A stretch of DNA of 64,000 nucleotides from Phaeosaccion multiseriatum. Taxonomy: Eukaryota > Protista > Ochrophyta, other classes. Position 1 is the first letter of the stretch. Every line of letters starts with the position of its first letter. Below are positions 21,828 through 34,561 of the stretch, one piece after another. A model generated the notes under the pieces. It saw nothing but the letters and a program-made list of their open reading frames with translations, searched no databases and had not been told where the DNA came from. The stretch covers positions 2,046,001 through 2,110,000 of the forward strand of contig OZ218955.1 in assembly GCA_965112735.1 (NCBI GenBank), in the 5' to 3' direction. Position numbers and translations under genes: made by a program.

Positions 21828-22548
21828 AAGAGGGGCGGACAGGACAGAGGAGGACAGGCAGCCAGACAGGCGTGTGGGGTATTCCTCTTGGGCCGCCCCA
21901 CCCCCTCCTGCTTGCTGCACTGTACCATAATTGCGCCGGCCAAGACCGACGCGACAGAGATGGGAGTCACGATCTTGCACACGAGCAGCCGGCCAAGTGA
22001 GTCCGCCGTCAGCGAGAGGCTTCCTGTAGATCCGATGCTGAGGTGTGAGGTGAGGGACACACACGAAGGGTAGTCCATGAGTCCATGAGCGCGAAAGAGA
22101 ACGAGCGGCACATCATCCAGGTTACCAGAAGCCATGCCAGGGCTCATTTCCCCCGTCTCGCTTTCGTAGCAGCGCGGCGGTCGCCCGCTCGGCTTGGCAA
22201 GTTACGTGGGGGGTGCACCTATTACCCGCTCTATCTAGACTGCAGTGAGCGGCCACTTGAACTTACAAGGAGGGGAAGGCCGGGTGGTCATCGCAGAGGT
22301 CGACTACGAAGGTGAAGTCAGCGATGTCGACATGCGCAGGCACGTAGAAGGTGAGCACATTGCTCATGTCTTGCTTTTCGAAAGACTCAAAGGAGGATTC
22401 CTCCTCCTCATCTTCCTCCTTCTCCTCTTCCTCCTCCACCTCTTCTTCTTCCGCCTGCCCCTCCTCCTCCTCCTCCTCCTCCTCCTCCTCCTCCACCTCC
22501 TCCTCCTCCTCCTCCTCCTCCTCCTCCTCCTCCTCCTCCTCCTCCTCC

Positions 22549-22581
<33 letters not shown>

Positions 22582-23238
22582 TCCTTCTCCTCTTCCTCCT
22601 CCACCTCTTCTTCTTCCTCCTGCTCCTCTTCCTCCTCCCCATGTGAAGGCACATCGAAAGTGCGGACATGACTCATGCCTTTCTCATCATATAATGCCAC
22701 GGGGGGTGATGCGAGTGGTGATGCGAGTCCGCTGTCCGGGACGTAGTGGCATGTCCTGGCGGTGCCAGCCGCGTCGCCTTGGTAGTTCAGCTGGGCCCGG
22801 ATGTAGGGGAGCTGCTGCCACAGGGGAGTGCAAAGCAAAGCACATGTCAGTCCCCAATGCTGAGTGACGGGTCAAAAGTGAGCGAGCGCTGCTCAGCATG
22901 CTGCCTGGTCACCGTCAACTTACCTGCTCACTCTCAAATGAGACGTCAATAGACTCAATCCTTAGGCTCACGCAATTGACATCGACATGGACCTGCTGGC
23001 CTGAATCATTGACGTAGAGCACGCTATCGGCACCTTTGTCCACCGCACTCGCAATCGCACCAAGCCAGGAGATGTCGGGGCTTGGAGGTCCCCGATGGCT
23101 GACTGTGCGCGAGGCGGGGGGAAGGAGAGACAGAGGTGAGCAAGGACGGTGGGGGAACAGCAAAGCCGACGACTCCTACCCACCACGACTGCCTTGGGAG
23201 CGCGAGCCCCCACCCTGTTGTGGGGATAGGGCAGGCAT
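21305..23238 (-). CDS. Hypothetical spliced protein with a long poly-Glu tract, no recognised family
   Basis: Protein-like ORF pieces join through GT-AG introns: ~23238-23184, 23102-22924, 22859-22267, 22160-~21901, ~21769-21305. Poly-Glu at ~22399-22637. It is head-to-head with NUFIP1. The boundaries are uncertain. Confidence 0.55.
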
Positions 23239-23395
23239 TTTAGGAGAGAGGCAACCAGGAATCGACAGGATCGAACAGGAAAAAAGGAAATGAAAAAGGG
23301 CGCAAATGGATGGCAGCAGACGACTACTTTTACTCTTATTCTCTCTCTCTCTCTCTCTCCCACCACAGTCCAGTCCATCAATAAACCTTGGGGGG

Positions 23396-25234
23396 ATGGC
23401 CGTCAGCAGCAGCAGCAGCACCACCACCACCACCACCAACTGGAGGTGTGAGCCATGCTCCAAGACCTTCTCCTTGGAGCACCAGTTTGTGAGCCACTGT
23501 AAGACGCACGAGATGTGCACCTATCCGTCTTGCTCCTTCCGAGCCGCACGAAAAATTGTGGCTGCCCACTACGCCACCAGCCATGGAGCCTATAGCGGAG
23601 ATGGATTGAAGGTGGTGGAGGTGGAGGGGATGAACTTCGAGGTGCTCTGCGGGAACTCGCCGGAGGAGCTCAGGAAGTGGAGGGAAGCGAGGAGAGCCAA
23701 GTGGCCCAGCAAGGCCAATATCCAAAAGAAGGAAGAGGAGAGGGCAAAGCTTGTGGCAGCAGGAGGTCTGGATCCGTCAGAGTCTTCTTACAGAGGAGGG
23801 AGAGGGAGGGGACGAGGCCGAGGCAGGGAGAGGGGCGGGCGGGGAGGGAAAAGAGGGGGGAAAGGACGAGGTGGGAGGGGGGAAGGCAGCCAGGATCAGC
23901 GGCAGCAGCAGCAGCAGCAGCAGCAAGGAAGCAGTGGGAGGAAGAGACCACGGCATGAGACAAGCAGCGGGGGCAACGACGAGGAGCGAAAGGCAGCAGA
24001 GCAGGCACAAAAGAGAACGCGAGAGGAAGACTCGGGGGCGAATGGCATAGGGAAGGTAGACGAGGATGAAGAGGTAGAGGACGGGGAGATTAGGGAAGAA
24101 AGGCCAACCACAGAGGGTGCACTATCCCTATTTAGCATGTATGATGACTGCAGCAGCAGCGGCGAAGAGGAGGTGGGGGAAGATGAGAGTGAGAAGGTCC
24201 ACGTCACAGCAGAGGGAGGTGTGCAAACGACAAACGCTGCTGGGGGGGTGGCGGCTGGGATCAGTGCAGCACCAGGCGGTACTGTTGATGCTGCTGCTAC
24301 TGCTGTTGCTAAAAAAGGAGGAGGAGGAGCAGCAGCATCCGCAGGAGCGCCAGACCAAGCCATGGTGATTGACAAGGACGGAGCCGTGGATGCCTCTCCT
24401 ACCCCTCCCCAAAAGAGCAAGACGAAGTGCTGGCACTTTCAAAAGGGCAAGTGTAGGCACGGAGAGGGCTGTCGATTTAGACACGACACGCAGCCGTCTC
24501 AGCAGGATGACCAGGGGCAGGGACAGGGGCAGGGGCAGGTCGACAAGAGCGAAGGCCAGGAGGGGGGGCAACAGCGCCAAAATAAGGGCAAGGGAAGGGG
24601 CAAGGGGAAGGGCAAGGGGGGGGCGGGGCGGAAATCGTGTCGCTTCTTCCTGGCGGGAAATTGCGAAAATGGCGAGGACTGCGCCTTCGCGCACACCGCT
24701 CCAGCGGCGGCAGGAACTGGGGCAGAGGCCAAGACCAAGCTGGGGGCCATGCACGGCACGCTGCTCAAGAAGCTTTTGAGGAAGGACATTCAGAAGGAGG
24801 CAAGCGTCTTGTTGCAGTGTATTAGGTATATTGTAGACACTGACTTTCTTGGGGTGGGAGACGGAGGAGGAGGAGGAGGAGGAGGAGGAGGGGCGGGAGG
24901 AGGAGGAGGTGGTGGTGGTGGTGGTGGAGGAGGAGGAGGAGGAGGAGCAGAAGCAGGAGCAGGAGGAGCAGGCGCAGGAGCAGGAGCAGGAGGAGGAGGA
25001 GCGGGAGGAGGAGGAGCAGGAGGAGGTGGAGGAGGAGGAGGAGGAGGAGGGGGAGGAGGAGGAGGAGGAGGAGCAGGAGGAGGAGGAGGAGGAGGAGGAG
25101 GAGGAGGAGGAGGAGGAGAAGGAGAAGAAGGAAAAGGAGCAGCAGCAGCAGGAGCAGGAGGAGGTGGAGGAGGAGCAAGAGCAGGAAAAGGGGAAGGAGG
25201 AGCAGCAGGAGCAGCAGACGAGGAGCCAGTGTGA
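23396..25234 (+). CDS. NUFIP1: NUFIP1/Rsa1-like box C/D snoRNP assembly factor with two C2H2 and two CCCH zinc fingers, single exon
   Basis: CEPCSKTF...HCKTH and CTYPSCSF...HYATSH fingers; NUFIP1/Rsa1 PEP motif SPEELRKWREARRAKWPSKANI; CCCH fingers CWHFQKGKCRHGEGCRFRH and CRFFLAGNCENGEDCAFAH; C-terminal TLLKKLLRKDIQKEASVLLQCIRYIVDTDF. Confidence 0.88.
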   Translation: MAVSSSSSTTTTTTNWRCEPCSKTFSLEHQFVSHCKTHEMCTYPSCSFRAARKIVAAHYATSHGAYSGDGLKVVEVEGMNFEVLCGNSPEELRKWREARRAKWPSKANIQKKEEERAKLVAAGGLDPSESSYRGGRGRGRGRGRERGGRGGKRGGKGRGGRGEGSQDQRQQQQQQQQGSSGRKRPRHETSSGGNDEERKAAEQAQKRTREEDSGANGIGKVDEDEEVEDGEIREERPTTEGALSLFSMYDDCSSSGEEEVGEDESEKVHVTAEGGVQTTNAAGGVAAGISAAPGGTVDAAATAVAKKGGGGAAASAGAPDQAMVIDKDGAVDASPTPPQKSKTKCWHFQKGKCRHGEGCRFRHDTQPSQQDDQGQGQGQGQVDKSEGQEGGQQRQNKGKGRGKGKGKGGAGRKSCRFFLAGNCENGEDCAFAHTAPAAAGTGAEAKTKLGAMHGTLLKKLLRKDIQKEASVLLQCIRYIVDTDFLGVGDGGGGGGGGGGAGGGGGGGGGGGGGGGGGAEAGAGGAGAGAGAGGGGAGGGGAGGGGGGGGGGGGGGGGGGAGGGGGGGGGGGGGGEGEEGKGAAAAGAGGGGGGARAGKGEGGAAGAADEEPV

Positions 25235-25575
25235 AAGAGCAGCTTGAGACCGATGAAGGAGCAGCCGAGTAAACTCTCCTCTATCGTAGAATAGGCTTCG
25301 TAGGCCGTCCCCCGCCTATGTACTCGGTTCCACGTGTTTGCTGTTCGCCACGTCTTGGAGTACACACCAAAAAAGGGGGGGGGGGCTAAACAATTGAAAT
25401 TGATACCTCCAAATCCCTCATCAATCCCCCCCCTCTATTTCCTCAATCTTTCCCTTCGCCCTCCTCTGCTGATCTCTGCAGCACTGATATCCGCATTTGC
25501 CTAACATCATGGTAATCCTGCTTTAAGACAATCTCAAGAACGTGTGGGGTCGGTGGAGCGTAGAGATCGGCAGCC

Positions 25576-26943
25576 ATGGCGGCGGCGAGCGAGCGACAAC
25601 GAGTGAGGCAAAGCCTGCTGGAGCAGGGCGAAGAATGCTTCCTGCTGGACACAGAGGACAAGATTCGGCTCTGCAAGTTGGCGGCGACTGTCATTGTCGG
25701 GGGCGAGGACAACATGTGGGGCAGGAGCACAATCGGCGACGCTATCGGTTGGGGTAGCGAGGGAGGGGGGGGGGGCGTGGACCTCGCGGAGATGCACTGG
25801 CGCGCAGCCTTGATGCAGGCATGTTTGCAGCTCAACATGGCGCCAATCTTGTCCAGATACATTACGATGTACAGCAAGGTGCGAATGGGTCCTTCTCCCC
25901 TTTGGATCTCTCTCGCCCCTCTCTCACTGTCCCGTCGTCCCGTACCTTTTTCCATGGTGATCCCACCCACCTTCCCGTACCCACACCCACACACACTCAC
26001 ACGCGCATACACAATCGCTTGCGTTAACACTCTCCCTCTATCTCTGTCTGCGCCAGTCTGCGGACAACTGGTTGCTAACCTCCCCCGCCACGGTGCGAGA
26101 CTGGGCGAGCGCCTCTGTGGCGGAGGCAGAACAGTACATCAACTCGGGCCCGGGAAGGGGCGCAGAGATCATGACGTCAGCCGAGGATAGAGCCAGCGAG
26201 AGAGCTAGCCTGCTACCCTCTCTCTGTAGTCGCCTGGCGGGCCTTCGGCTCGTCTTCTGTGCGCTCCTCACCCGAAAGGAGGTGGAGATCGACAGAGCCA
26301 GTGAGGTGAGGCAAATCAGTCCGTCCGTCCACGCAACCATGCACCTGCAGAGGAGGCCAAGAGGACAAAAAGGGCAGAGATGGGGGTGCGTTTGTTGTTG
26401 CCACCGTATCCGTGGGGCGTCAGGGGGAGGGGAGGCGAGAGGCGAGCGAGCAGTTGTCTTGAATCCCTCGAAATGGAACCCCCCCCCCCCTTCTCTTGTA
26501 GTAGCCCTTCTCCTCTCCTCTCCTCCGCCTCTTCTCTCTGAACGAGGCCCTGCTCTCTTCCCTCCTTCTCGTCTGTTGCCATCCCCGCAGGCGTCTCGGT
26601 CTGCACACCGCTTAGCGGCGGCGTCGAGCATCCTAGCTCTGCAGATGGACGTTGCAACTGTGGAGGCACTGCTTCATCGCGGCAGGTACGAAGCCATCGA
26701 TCGCGATGTCCGATGCTCGTACTCACACCCATGTTACCCCTCACAAGACATCCATACCCTTACAGCATGGCATAGCATAACACAATGCACCCTGTATCTG
26801 TCAACTGTAACTGTCAACAGGCTGGAAATGTTCCTGTGTGAGGCGGGTCTGACGGACAAGGGCTTGCCAGCCCTCGAGAGAAGGTGGAGGGAGCGAGCGG
26901 CGAGGAGGAGGAGACAAAGGAGCGACTACCTCGTCTTGAGCGG

Positions 26944-26979
<36 letters not shown>

Positions 26980-27576
26980 GCAGCAGCAGGAGGAGGAGGA
27001 GGAGGAGGTGCAAGAAGGAGTAAAGCTCCTGGTAAGTGGGGCTTCCTTTCTTCTCTACAGCTCCTCCACATCTTTCTCTCTCTTCGACCTATCCTGTCTA
27101 TGTGTTTGGTTGCATTGCAGTTCATGGCTTCCAACGAAATTCATTGTTGTCTTTTCTCCTGCCCCGATCCCTGCTTTCTCTCTCTCCAAACCTATCGCCC
27201 TCTTCCCCCTCTCGTCCCGTCCTTCTCTCTCGTCCCGTCCTTCTCTCTCGTCTCTCCGCCAAACACCCCCAAGGTGTGGCAGGCCCTTCGGGAACGAGCG
27301 GGTTACCTGCCCCCCGGTCCGCCCCTCTCCTCTGTGGAGTACATGGCCAGCGTCCCACAGCAGTTGGCTCTCCAACACAGTCACAGGGCAGGGAGGGAGG
27401 GAAGGGAGGGCGGCGAGGGAGGCGGGGGCGATGCCGTACGGAAGGCCATGAGGGAGAGTCTAGACTGGGGCACAGCACTCGTGTTGTACTCGGTGCTGGA
27501 TCAAGCGGAGGACGAAACCGAAGGCGAAACCGGAGATGAAAGCGACGGCCATGCCAGTGCAGGTTTGTCGTCCTGT

Positions 27577-27625
<49 letters not shown>

Positions 27626-27656
27626 TTGTCTGTCTCTCTCTCTGTCTGTCTGTCTG

Positions 27657-27691
<35 letters not shown>

Positions 27692-30664
27692 CTGTCTGGG
27701 CAGAGAAAACCAGCTTAATAGGCGAGGGGGGGGGGAGGAGGGAAAGCAGACGTGCTTGTGCTTACTTGTTTATCAAAAGGGGCAATTGAGAAAGCCCTAA
27801 GAAGCAGCGACACCTCTCTTGTCCTGTCCACCCCACCCCACCCCACCCAACCCCTTCTCACCCCACCCCACTCGACCTCACCCCACCCCCCTCCGTTCTC
27901 ACCTCACCCCAACCAACCCCACCCCTCCCGCCCCAGGCCGGCTCCTGTCTCAGTGCGCACAGCGTGTGGGCCTCTCTCACGCAGCAAGGCAGCTCCTGTC
28001 TCTGGCGTGGCTGGTGGACAGTGGAAAGCCCCGACTCATGGTGCGTTTGTGCTTTTTGATGGGTTTCCGCTTTTCCCTTTCTGCCCCCCAGCGAAGTGTC
28101 CGAAAGTGTTGTATGTGCGTGCGTGCGTGTGTGTGTGCCCCGTGGGTGGGTGAGTGGATGAGTGAGTGAGCGATCGAGTGAGTGCGTGGGTGGGTGAGTG
28201 AGCTTTGTTCGCCTTTATCTACTGGTGTGTGTGTGTGTGCGTGCCGTGTCTTTCCTATGGCCAAGGGGGTATCACGTCCAATCACATTGCATCGATGTGC
28301 CGATGCTCACCTTTGACATGTTGTAATACTCACCTGTGACATTTGTGATACTCACCTTTGATATACTTGCGTCTTGCTCTCTCTCTCTATCGCGTGAAGA
28401 AACTTGCTTTCGAGGAGATGTGTATGTACCAAACCGGGTCTGTGGGGCCAGAGGCAGTGCTCGCTGAACCCCCCTCCCTGCTGGAAACCGTGGTGCGAGG
28501 CTTCCTCGAGAGGGGCGCGGAGGTGACGCACTTGGGCCTTGCGGTGCTGCAGGTACTGTGGGCAGGGGGGGACGTGGGGTGGGGAGGAGGGGGACGAGAG
28601 GGGTGGTATGTATCGTAACGGGGCGCAGAGGTGTGGGGAGGACTTCTGACCCGTGTATCTCACCCCTCCCCCTTCTCCTCCTCCTCCTCCTCCTCCTCCT
28701 CCTCCTCCTCCTCCTCCTCCTCCTCCTCCTCCTCCTCCTCCTCCTCCTCCTCCTCCTCCTCCTCCTCCTCCTCCTTTCCCATCCACTGCCATCCCCTCCC
28801 TCCCATCCACTGCTGTTCCCAGGTGCTGCCTCGCTTTGCCGGGTCAGACTCAGACAGTGCGACGGAGCTGCTTGCGGAGGCGCTGCTGCAGGTGGGGGCG
28901 TTAGCGGGCTCGTTGGGGCTCATTAGGGTTTTGGGGGGGTGGGCATACTCCGAGGGAGGAGGAGGAGGAGGAGGAGCAGGAGCGGAGGTCATGGGCAAAG
29001 CAAGGCCCAGCACGGCCTGGACGAAGGGAGAGGCTTCGCTTCTTTGGATCACATTAGTCACTCACTCACTTATTCAGTCACTCACCCACCCACCCACCCA
29101 CCCACTCACCCACCCACTCACTCCCTCCCTTCCTCACTCACTCACTCACTCACTCACTCCCCCCTCGGTCCTCTCCCCCCCCCCTCACCCCTCTGCCCCC
29201 ATCCCCCCCGTTACTCTCAGAGCGGTCAGTGGGAGCGCGCCCTTGCCCTACAGCGCCGCAGCAGCGGAGAGCTTCGCCTCGGCCTCCTGTCTCGTCTCTT
29301 CAGATGGTGCTTCACGCACAGTCTCATGACCAGGCTGCTGGGCATGTCCCTCGATCACACAGAGGACGCAGTGCTTGTTACCGTGCTCACGGTGAGTGGA
29401 TGGGGAGGTCAAGGTCTTTGCTGGCTCCTTTTTTTGCTCTTTGTTCGCTCTCTCCTTCACACACTCACTCACTCACTTACTCACTTACTCATAGACTCAC
29501 TCCTCACATACTTACTCACTCAATCACTCACGGACTCAGTTACTCATTTACTCACTCACTTAATCACTCACTCACTCACTCGCTCGCTCATTCACTCATT
29601 CACTCACTCTATCACTCGCTCACTCACTCACTCGCTCACTCACTCACTCACTCACTCACTCACTCACTCACTCACTCCACTCACTCACTCACTCACTCGC
29701 TCACTCACTAACTCACTCTCACTCACTCACTCACTCACTCACTCACTCACTCACTCACTCACTCACTCACTCACTCATTTACTCACTCTGGTAATCGATT
29801 GCCTGCCCCACCTCTGCACACTGTCCACTTCCCTCACTACGCCAACTGCCGTACCCCCACTTCTCCGCATCCTCAGGGCTTTGCCAAAGCACAGGGCCCC
29901 TCCTCCTCCTCCTCCTCCTCCTCCTCCAGCAACGCTGCCGTGAACTTGCTCGTCGGCCACTACCTAAAGACACACAGGGTGCTTGAGGCCTGGAGAGGTG
30001 AGTCAGTGGCAGTGATAGTGAGCCGCACCCACACAGTCTCTCTCTCTTACTCTCTCTCTCTCTTTTACACACGCACGCACTCTCTCCCCTACTCTACTCT
30101 ACTGTACAAGCTTCTATGCACGTCAACTTGCTCTACTGTGCTGCCCCACCCCTCTCTGTTCCAGCGACTCGTGATCCTGACCCTGAAGCCTGACTCCTCA
30201 CCCTGAAGCCTGACTCCTGACCCTGAAGCCTGACCTTGACCTGTGTTTCCCCCCTTCGCAGTGCACGAGGGAGCTCTGGCGTGTAGCAGAGAGAGTGGCC
30301 TGCCGACGGACTCAGGCCGGGGGGGGATGGAGGAGGAGGAGGAGGAGGAGGAGGAGGAGGAGAGGGTGAGGGTGATGGAGGAGGAGAGGGGCCTGCTCAT
30401 CGCGAACTACGCCAAGCTGCTTCCTACTGGCATGCAGGCGGCGCTGGTGAGTGAGTGAGTGAGTGAGTCAGTGAGGAGGAGACATTTCCCTCGTCCTATC
30501 CTCTGCGTGAACACCTTCGTAGGGGTTTGTTCGGGTCGATCAGCAAACACCGTCCATGCCCGACTGCCATCCGTTCGCCCACCCACCCAGCCACCCACAC
30601 TCCGCTCTCCGCTCTGCTCCTGCTCCTACTGCTGCGTGTGCTTTTGCTCCTCCTCTTCCTCCTC

Positions 30665-30698
<34 letters not shown>

Positions 30699-31425
30699 GG
30701 CTGCTGCTGCTGCTGCTGCTGCTTTGTTCTGCCTTGCGCCTCCCCCCGCTCTGCCCCGCAGGAGCGAAGTGCGGCCGACGTCCCTTACGATCCTTACGAC
30801 GGAAGTGGTGGTGACGTAGCCATGACTTCTCTCGTCCCGGCCGCTGTCACGGGTGGGTAGTGAAGAAGCGAAGCGGCCGCCTGTGCATTGTACATCCATC
30901 TGTTTGCAAGTCAGACGTGCGGGATTTGGGATCTTCTCTGTCATTGGCCGAAACGCTAACCCTTCTGTGTACATGTACGTCGCTCCCTGCCCCCCTGCCC
31001 CCCACAACACATCAGAACGACCCGACAACTTCGTCATGCGTAGTCTGATGGCTCCCATGTCGACGGCGCCGGAGCCGTACGAGCCAGCCCTCTCGGGGTC
31101 GGGAGGAGGAGGAGGAGGAGGAGGAGGAGGAGGAGGAGGAGGAGGAGGAGAAGGAGGAGGAGGGGTGTCTCAGACTCCTCAGGGGGAGAAGTCTCCTCTG
31201 ACGAGTTTATTACCCAATTTTGACGACTTCGGCCCGCGCCATCGTGATCAGTTGGTGGTACAGGGGAAGCAGGGACAAGGCCGCGTGCAAGGGCCTGACT
31301 TTCGGTCCCCGCCTGGCAGCGAGAGCGGCGCCACTCGGTTACCATTCCAGATCAGGGGAGGAGGCTGGGAAGGGAGGCGCAGCAGCGCAGCAGGAGCGGC
31401 GGGCGTTACGGGCCTGCGTCTGTAG
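25576..31425 (+). CDS. ELYS/AHCTF1/HOS1-like nucleoporin (helical ELYS domain), multi-exon
   Basis: Spliced pieces include YLPPGPPLSSVEYM...TALVLYSVLDQ, QWERALALQR...LFRWCFTHSLMTRLLGMSLDHTEDAVLVTVL, VNLLVGHYLKTHRVLEAWR and RGLLIANYAKLLPTGMQAAL. These match the remembered ELYS/HOS1 pattern LL.LP....EE..L...L...LL..HYLQR..Y..A...R..LL..Y..LLP. Internal exon limits are approximate. Confidence 0.72.
30178..30240. repeat. 20-bp tandem repeat x3, intronic
   Basis: Unit tgaccctgaagcctgactcc. Confidence 0.85.
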
Positions 31426-31714
31426 GGCCATTGGAGCCAATAGAGGGGAGGGCCATTAGAGCCAATAGAGGGGAGGCATCGAATGGACTGCGGGCCACGC
31501 ACCCACCCACCCATCCATCCACCCATCCACCCGCACGCAGGCAAAGACAGAGAGCACAGAGCACACTTTTGTTTTGTCACAGCTCCTTACTTTCTCTTAT
31601 CCTTGTATCATGACATAGTCATGGAGGGTCATTCTTATTCTTATACTTCGTACTTCGAAGTAATAAAAAAAAAGAGGGATTCCGCTTTTGTCTGTCCGTT
31701 CTGTTCGTTGCTAC

Positions 31715-31750
<36 letters not shown>

Positions 31751-32550
31751 ACCACTACCTGCCGCTGCTGTACTACCAACTGCTGCTGCTGATACGCCTT
31801 TCCCATTGTACCCATGGCACGGCCTTCCTTCTGGGGTTGCGATGCGTTACAGGCTGAATGGGAGCCAAGCCAAACAGCCACCGCACACTGCACACTGCAC
31901 ACTGCACGTGTAGGGAGGGAAAGGAGGGAACGAGACAGAAGCTCCACTACCCCCCCCCCAGGCTGCCACCGGCCCATACCCCACTCTGTGCCCTCTACTG
32001 CCATCTACTGCCATCCACTGCCACCCACTACCATCTACTGCCATCCACTGCCCATCTACTGCTCTCTACTGCCATCTCCTGCGAGCCACCTCCTGTCGTC
32101 TCTTCTCCCAAAGGAGTCCGACGGCCCCTGTGCTTTGCGTTCGAACAGAAGAGATGGGCGGCTGCCGTGCGTCGTCCGTCAGTCCTCCCACAGGGCCCAC
32201 AGTCGCGCCCTTCCTCCCCTCTGCTCCCCTCCCCTGCCCTCCCCTCCTCTCCTCTCTCCCTCCCAGCCAAGGGAAGAGAGACAAAGAGACGAGTAACGCT
32301 GCCCGGGACCCCGGTGGGCGGGTGCGTGTCGGTGGTGGTGGTGGTGGAGTACAGGAGTGTGTAGGAAGTAGAGGCCGCACCATTCTGCGCAAGCAACAGA
32401 GCACAGCACCAACGTCACAAAGACGTGTGCTGCGTGTGGCGTGGGTGCTTCGATCAGCCCCGCCGCCAATCGGTCCTTCGCCTCTGCACATCCGTTCGCA
32501 GGGGGTGATGGTAGGGAGGGGAGGGAGGGGGGGGGGGGGTAGGCGTCCAA

Positions 32551-34225
32551 CTATGTCACTACCGTACTTCTATTCCTGGGCTTGCCACCACCACCGCCGC
32601 CACCGCTGCGACTGCTGCTTTTCCTCCTTCTGCTGCTACCGATGCCTTTGCTGCCCTTCCCCTCCTCCTGCTGCGGCTCCCGAGCTAAGGCGCCGGCGCG
32701 GTGCGGAGGCCACAAGATGTGCGATACCCGACACTCGATGAGGGCCATCGGGATCTGAGGTAGAGGTGAGGAGGGTAGAAGGGAGGTGTGGAGAGGAGAT
32801 ATGGAAGAGGGACACGGGAGGGCAATAGGCGGGCAGTCGAGGAGAGGTAGGGGTGGAGAGGAAGGGGAGAGGAAGGCAGGGGGGTCACACGGAATCGCAC
32901 ACCATGGTCTAGAGTCAGCGGGGGGGACGGAGGAGGGATGCAGAAGGGTGCGAAAGGGCCTCTCTTTCCTGTCTTGTTAGCAATGAGAACACCCTCGCTC
33001 CTCCCCCTTGTGCTGCCTCTTCCCCACCCTCGCTCCCCTTCTTGTGTCGTCTCTTCCCCACCCAGTCCACTCACTTCTCCAAACACGTTACTGTCCTCAC
33101 TGACGTCCGCGTTGTCTCCCTCTACCCAGCAATGTCCTTTGGGCACGATGCGAATCATTTGGGCTGCCCTCCACCCTCTCGTCAGCCCCCGTGGCCCTTC
33201 TGCTGCTCGAGCAAGTTCATCGGGCATCGGCATGCAGACAAAGGAGTTCAAGCAAAAGCCCCCGTCAAAGACAGCAAGAGAAGGGAAGAGGGATAAGAGT
33301 TGAGTCTTTCCGTCCGCTATACACATATGAAGGTTGGAAGGAGATCCTCGCAAGTCACTCACATATTCAGTCGGCCTGTCAGTCAGTCAGTCAGTCACTC
33401 TCAGCCACTCACCCGCTTTGAGCTGAGGGCGTGGCCGGATGGCATCCCCGGGCAGGCCCACGAGACGCTTGACCATGCGAACGCTGGGGTCGTACGGAGA
33501 GCTGAGGGCCGATACAAGCAGAATACACAAGTACGTAAGGGCACATAAGAGAGTAGGCAGGCAAGCACGCACGGCACACAAGAGAGAGAGAGAGAGTCAA
33601 GGAGGGGAGTTCCAAGATTTGTAAGGCTTGCTGAAAGACACGTATGAGAGAGACAGAGAGAAGAGAGAGAGAGGGAGAGAGAAAGACAGAGAGAGGTTCT
33701 AGGATTGACATGCATCACTTACGTGATAGTCACGACGTCTCCTCGACTAAAGTCCCGTGTATCTTTCCCGTACATGTTTCCGTAGAGCTTGTCCTCCCAC
33801 ACGAGATCTCGCCCCCCTCCCGGGCTGCGACCAACGAGAGAGAGAGAGAATGACACACACACACACAGACAGACAGACAGACACACAGAGAGAGAGAACA
33901 GTAAATCCGCAGTCCCTTCTCGAGCAAAGCGCTGGTGGGCAGGCATGCACACCTTGAGCGACGAGCCACCTGTTTAAACACACGCACAAACCATGTATCA
34001 CCCATCTCTGTCTCCCCACCTGTCTCATCCTCGATGATCTCCCACCCACACGCACCTGTCGATATCCGCGTTAAGGGTGGGCTGCATGGACCGGCCTTCC
34101 ACCCAGCTCGCATCTCCTACCAGGTCTGTGAAAGTCTTGACAATGGGTACAGCCACGGCAAACACCTTGATCGTTTGGCATGTCCAAAGCAACATTGTCG
34201 CCCCTCTCCCTCCTCCGGCCGCCAT
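32551..34225 (-). CDS. IMMP2L: Mitochondrial inner membrane peptidase subunit 2 (S26 signal peptidase family)
   Basis: Exons ~34225(or 34195)-34056, 33824-33723, 33501-33413, ~33202-33075, 32754-32551. Catalytic Ser motif VEGRSMQPTLN and Lys motif SPYDPSVRMVKRLVGLPGD; also VPKGHCWVEGDNADVSEDSNVFG and HILWPPHR. Confidence 0.88.
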
Positions 34226-34561
34226 TTACCGTAAATGGACCACCGCTCCCCCTTCGCCCGTTCAAGTAAGAAAAGCAAGAAACCCACACAGAGGCACCAG
34301 ACAGTAGCCTGTTCGCCTGGAACGGACGAAACAAGAAGTGCTTGTGTCTTGGGAAAGACAAAAGGGGGAGTAGGAGAGAAGGGAGAGGAGAAAAAGGGAA
34401 GAGAGCTTTACTTTTAGGCAGCGATGGCAGTGGAAGAGCCTCCATACTTCCTACTTTTTCTCCAGTCGACTCCAGTGTTGACGAGCCGATATCGACCCCA
34501 TTGATCGTGCTCGACGTTTGGCTGCTCCAAGCCCAGACTCTACACACCCTTACAGCCCCTT

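Noticed and set aside
22879-22892. 14-nt match (tgagcgagcgctgc) to the hairpin core as a possible small-RNA target
   Set aside because: It is short, low-complexity and inside an inferred intron, so it is compatible with chance.
33953-33969. Possible 17-nt micro-exon (WLVAQ) in IMMP2L
   Set aside because: Its phase does not fit the next exon, and direct splicing of 34056 to 33824 already gives a continuous frame.
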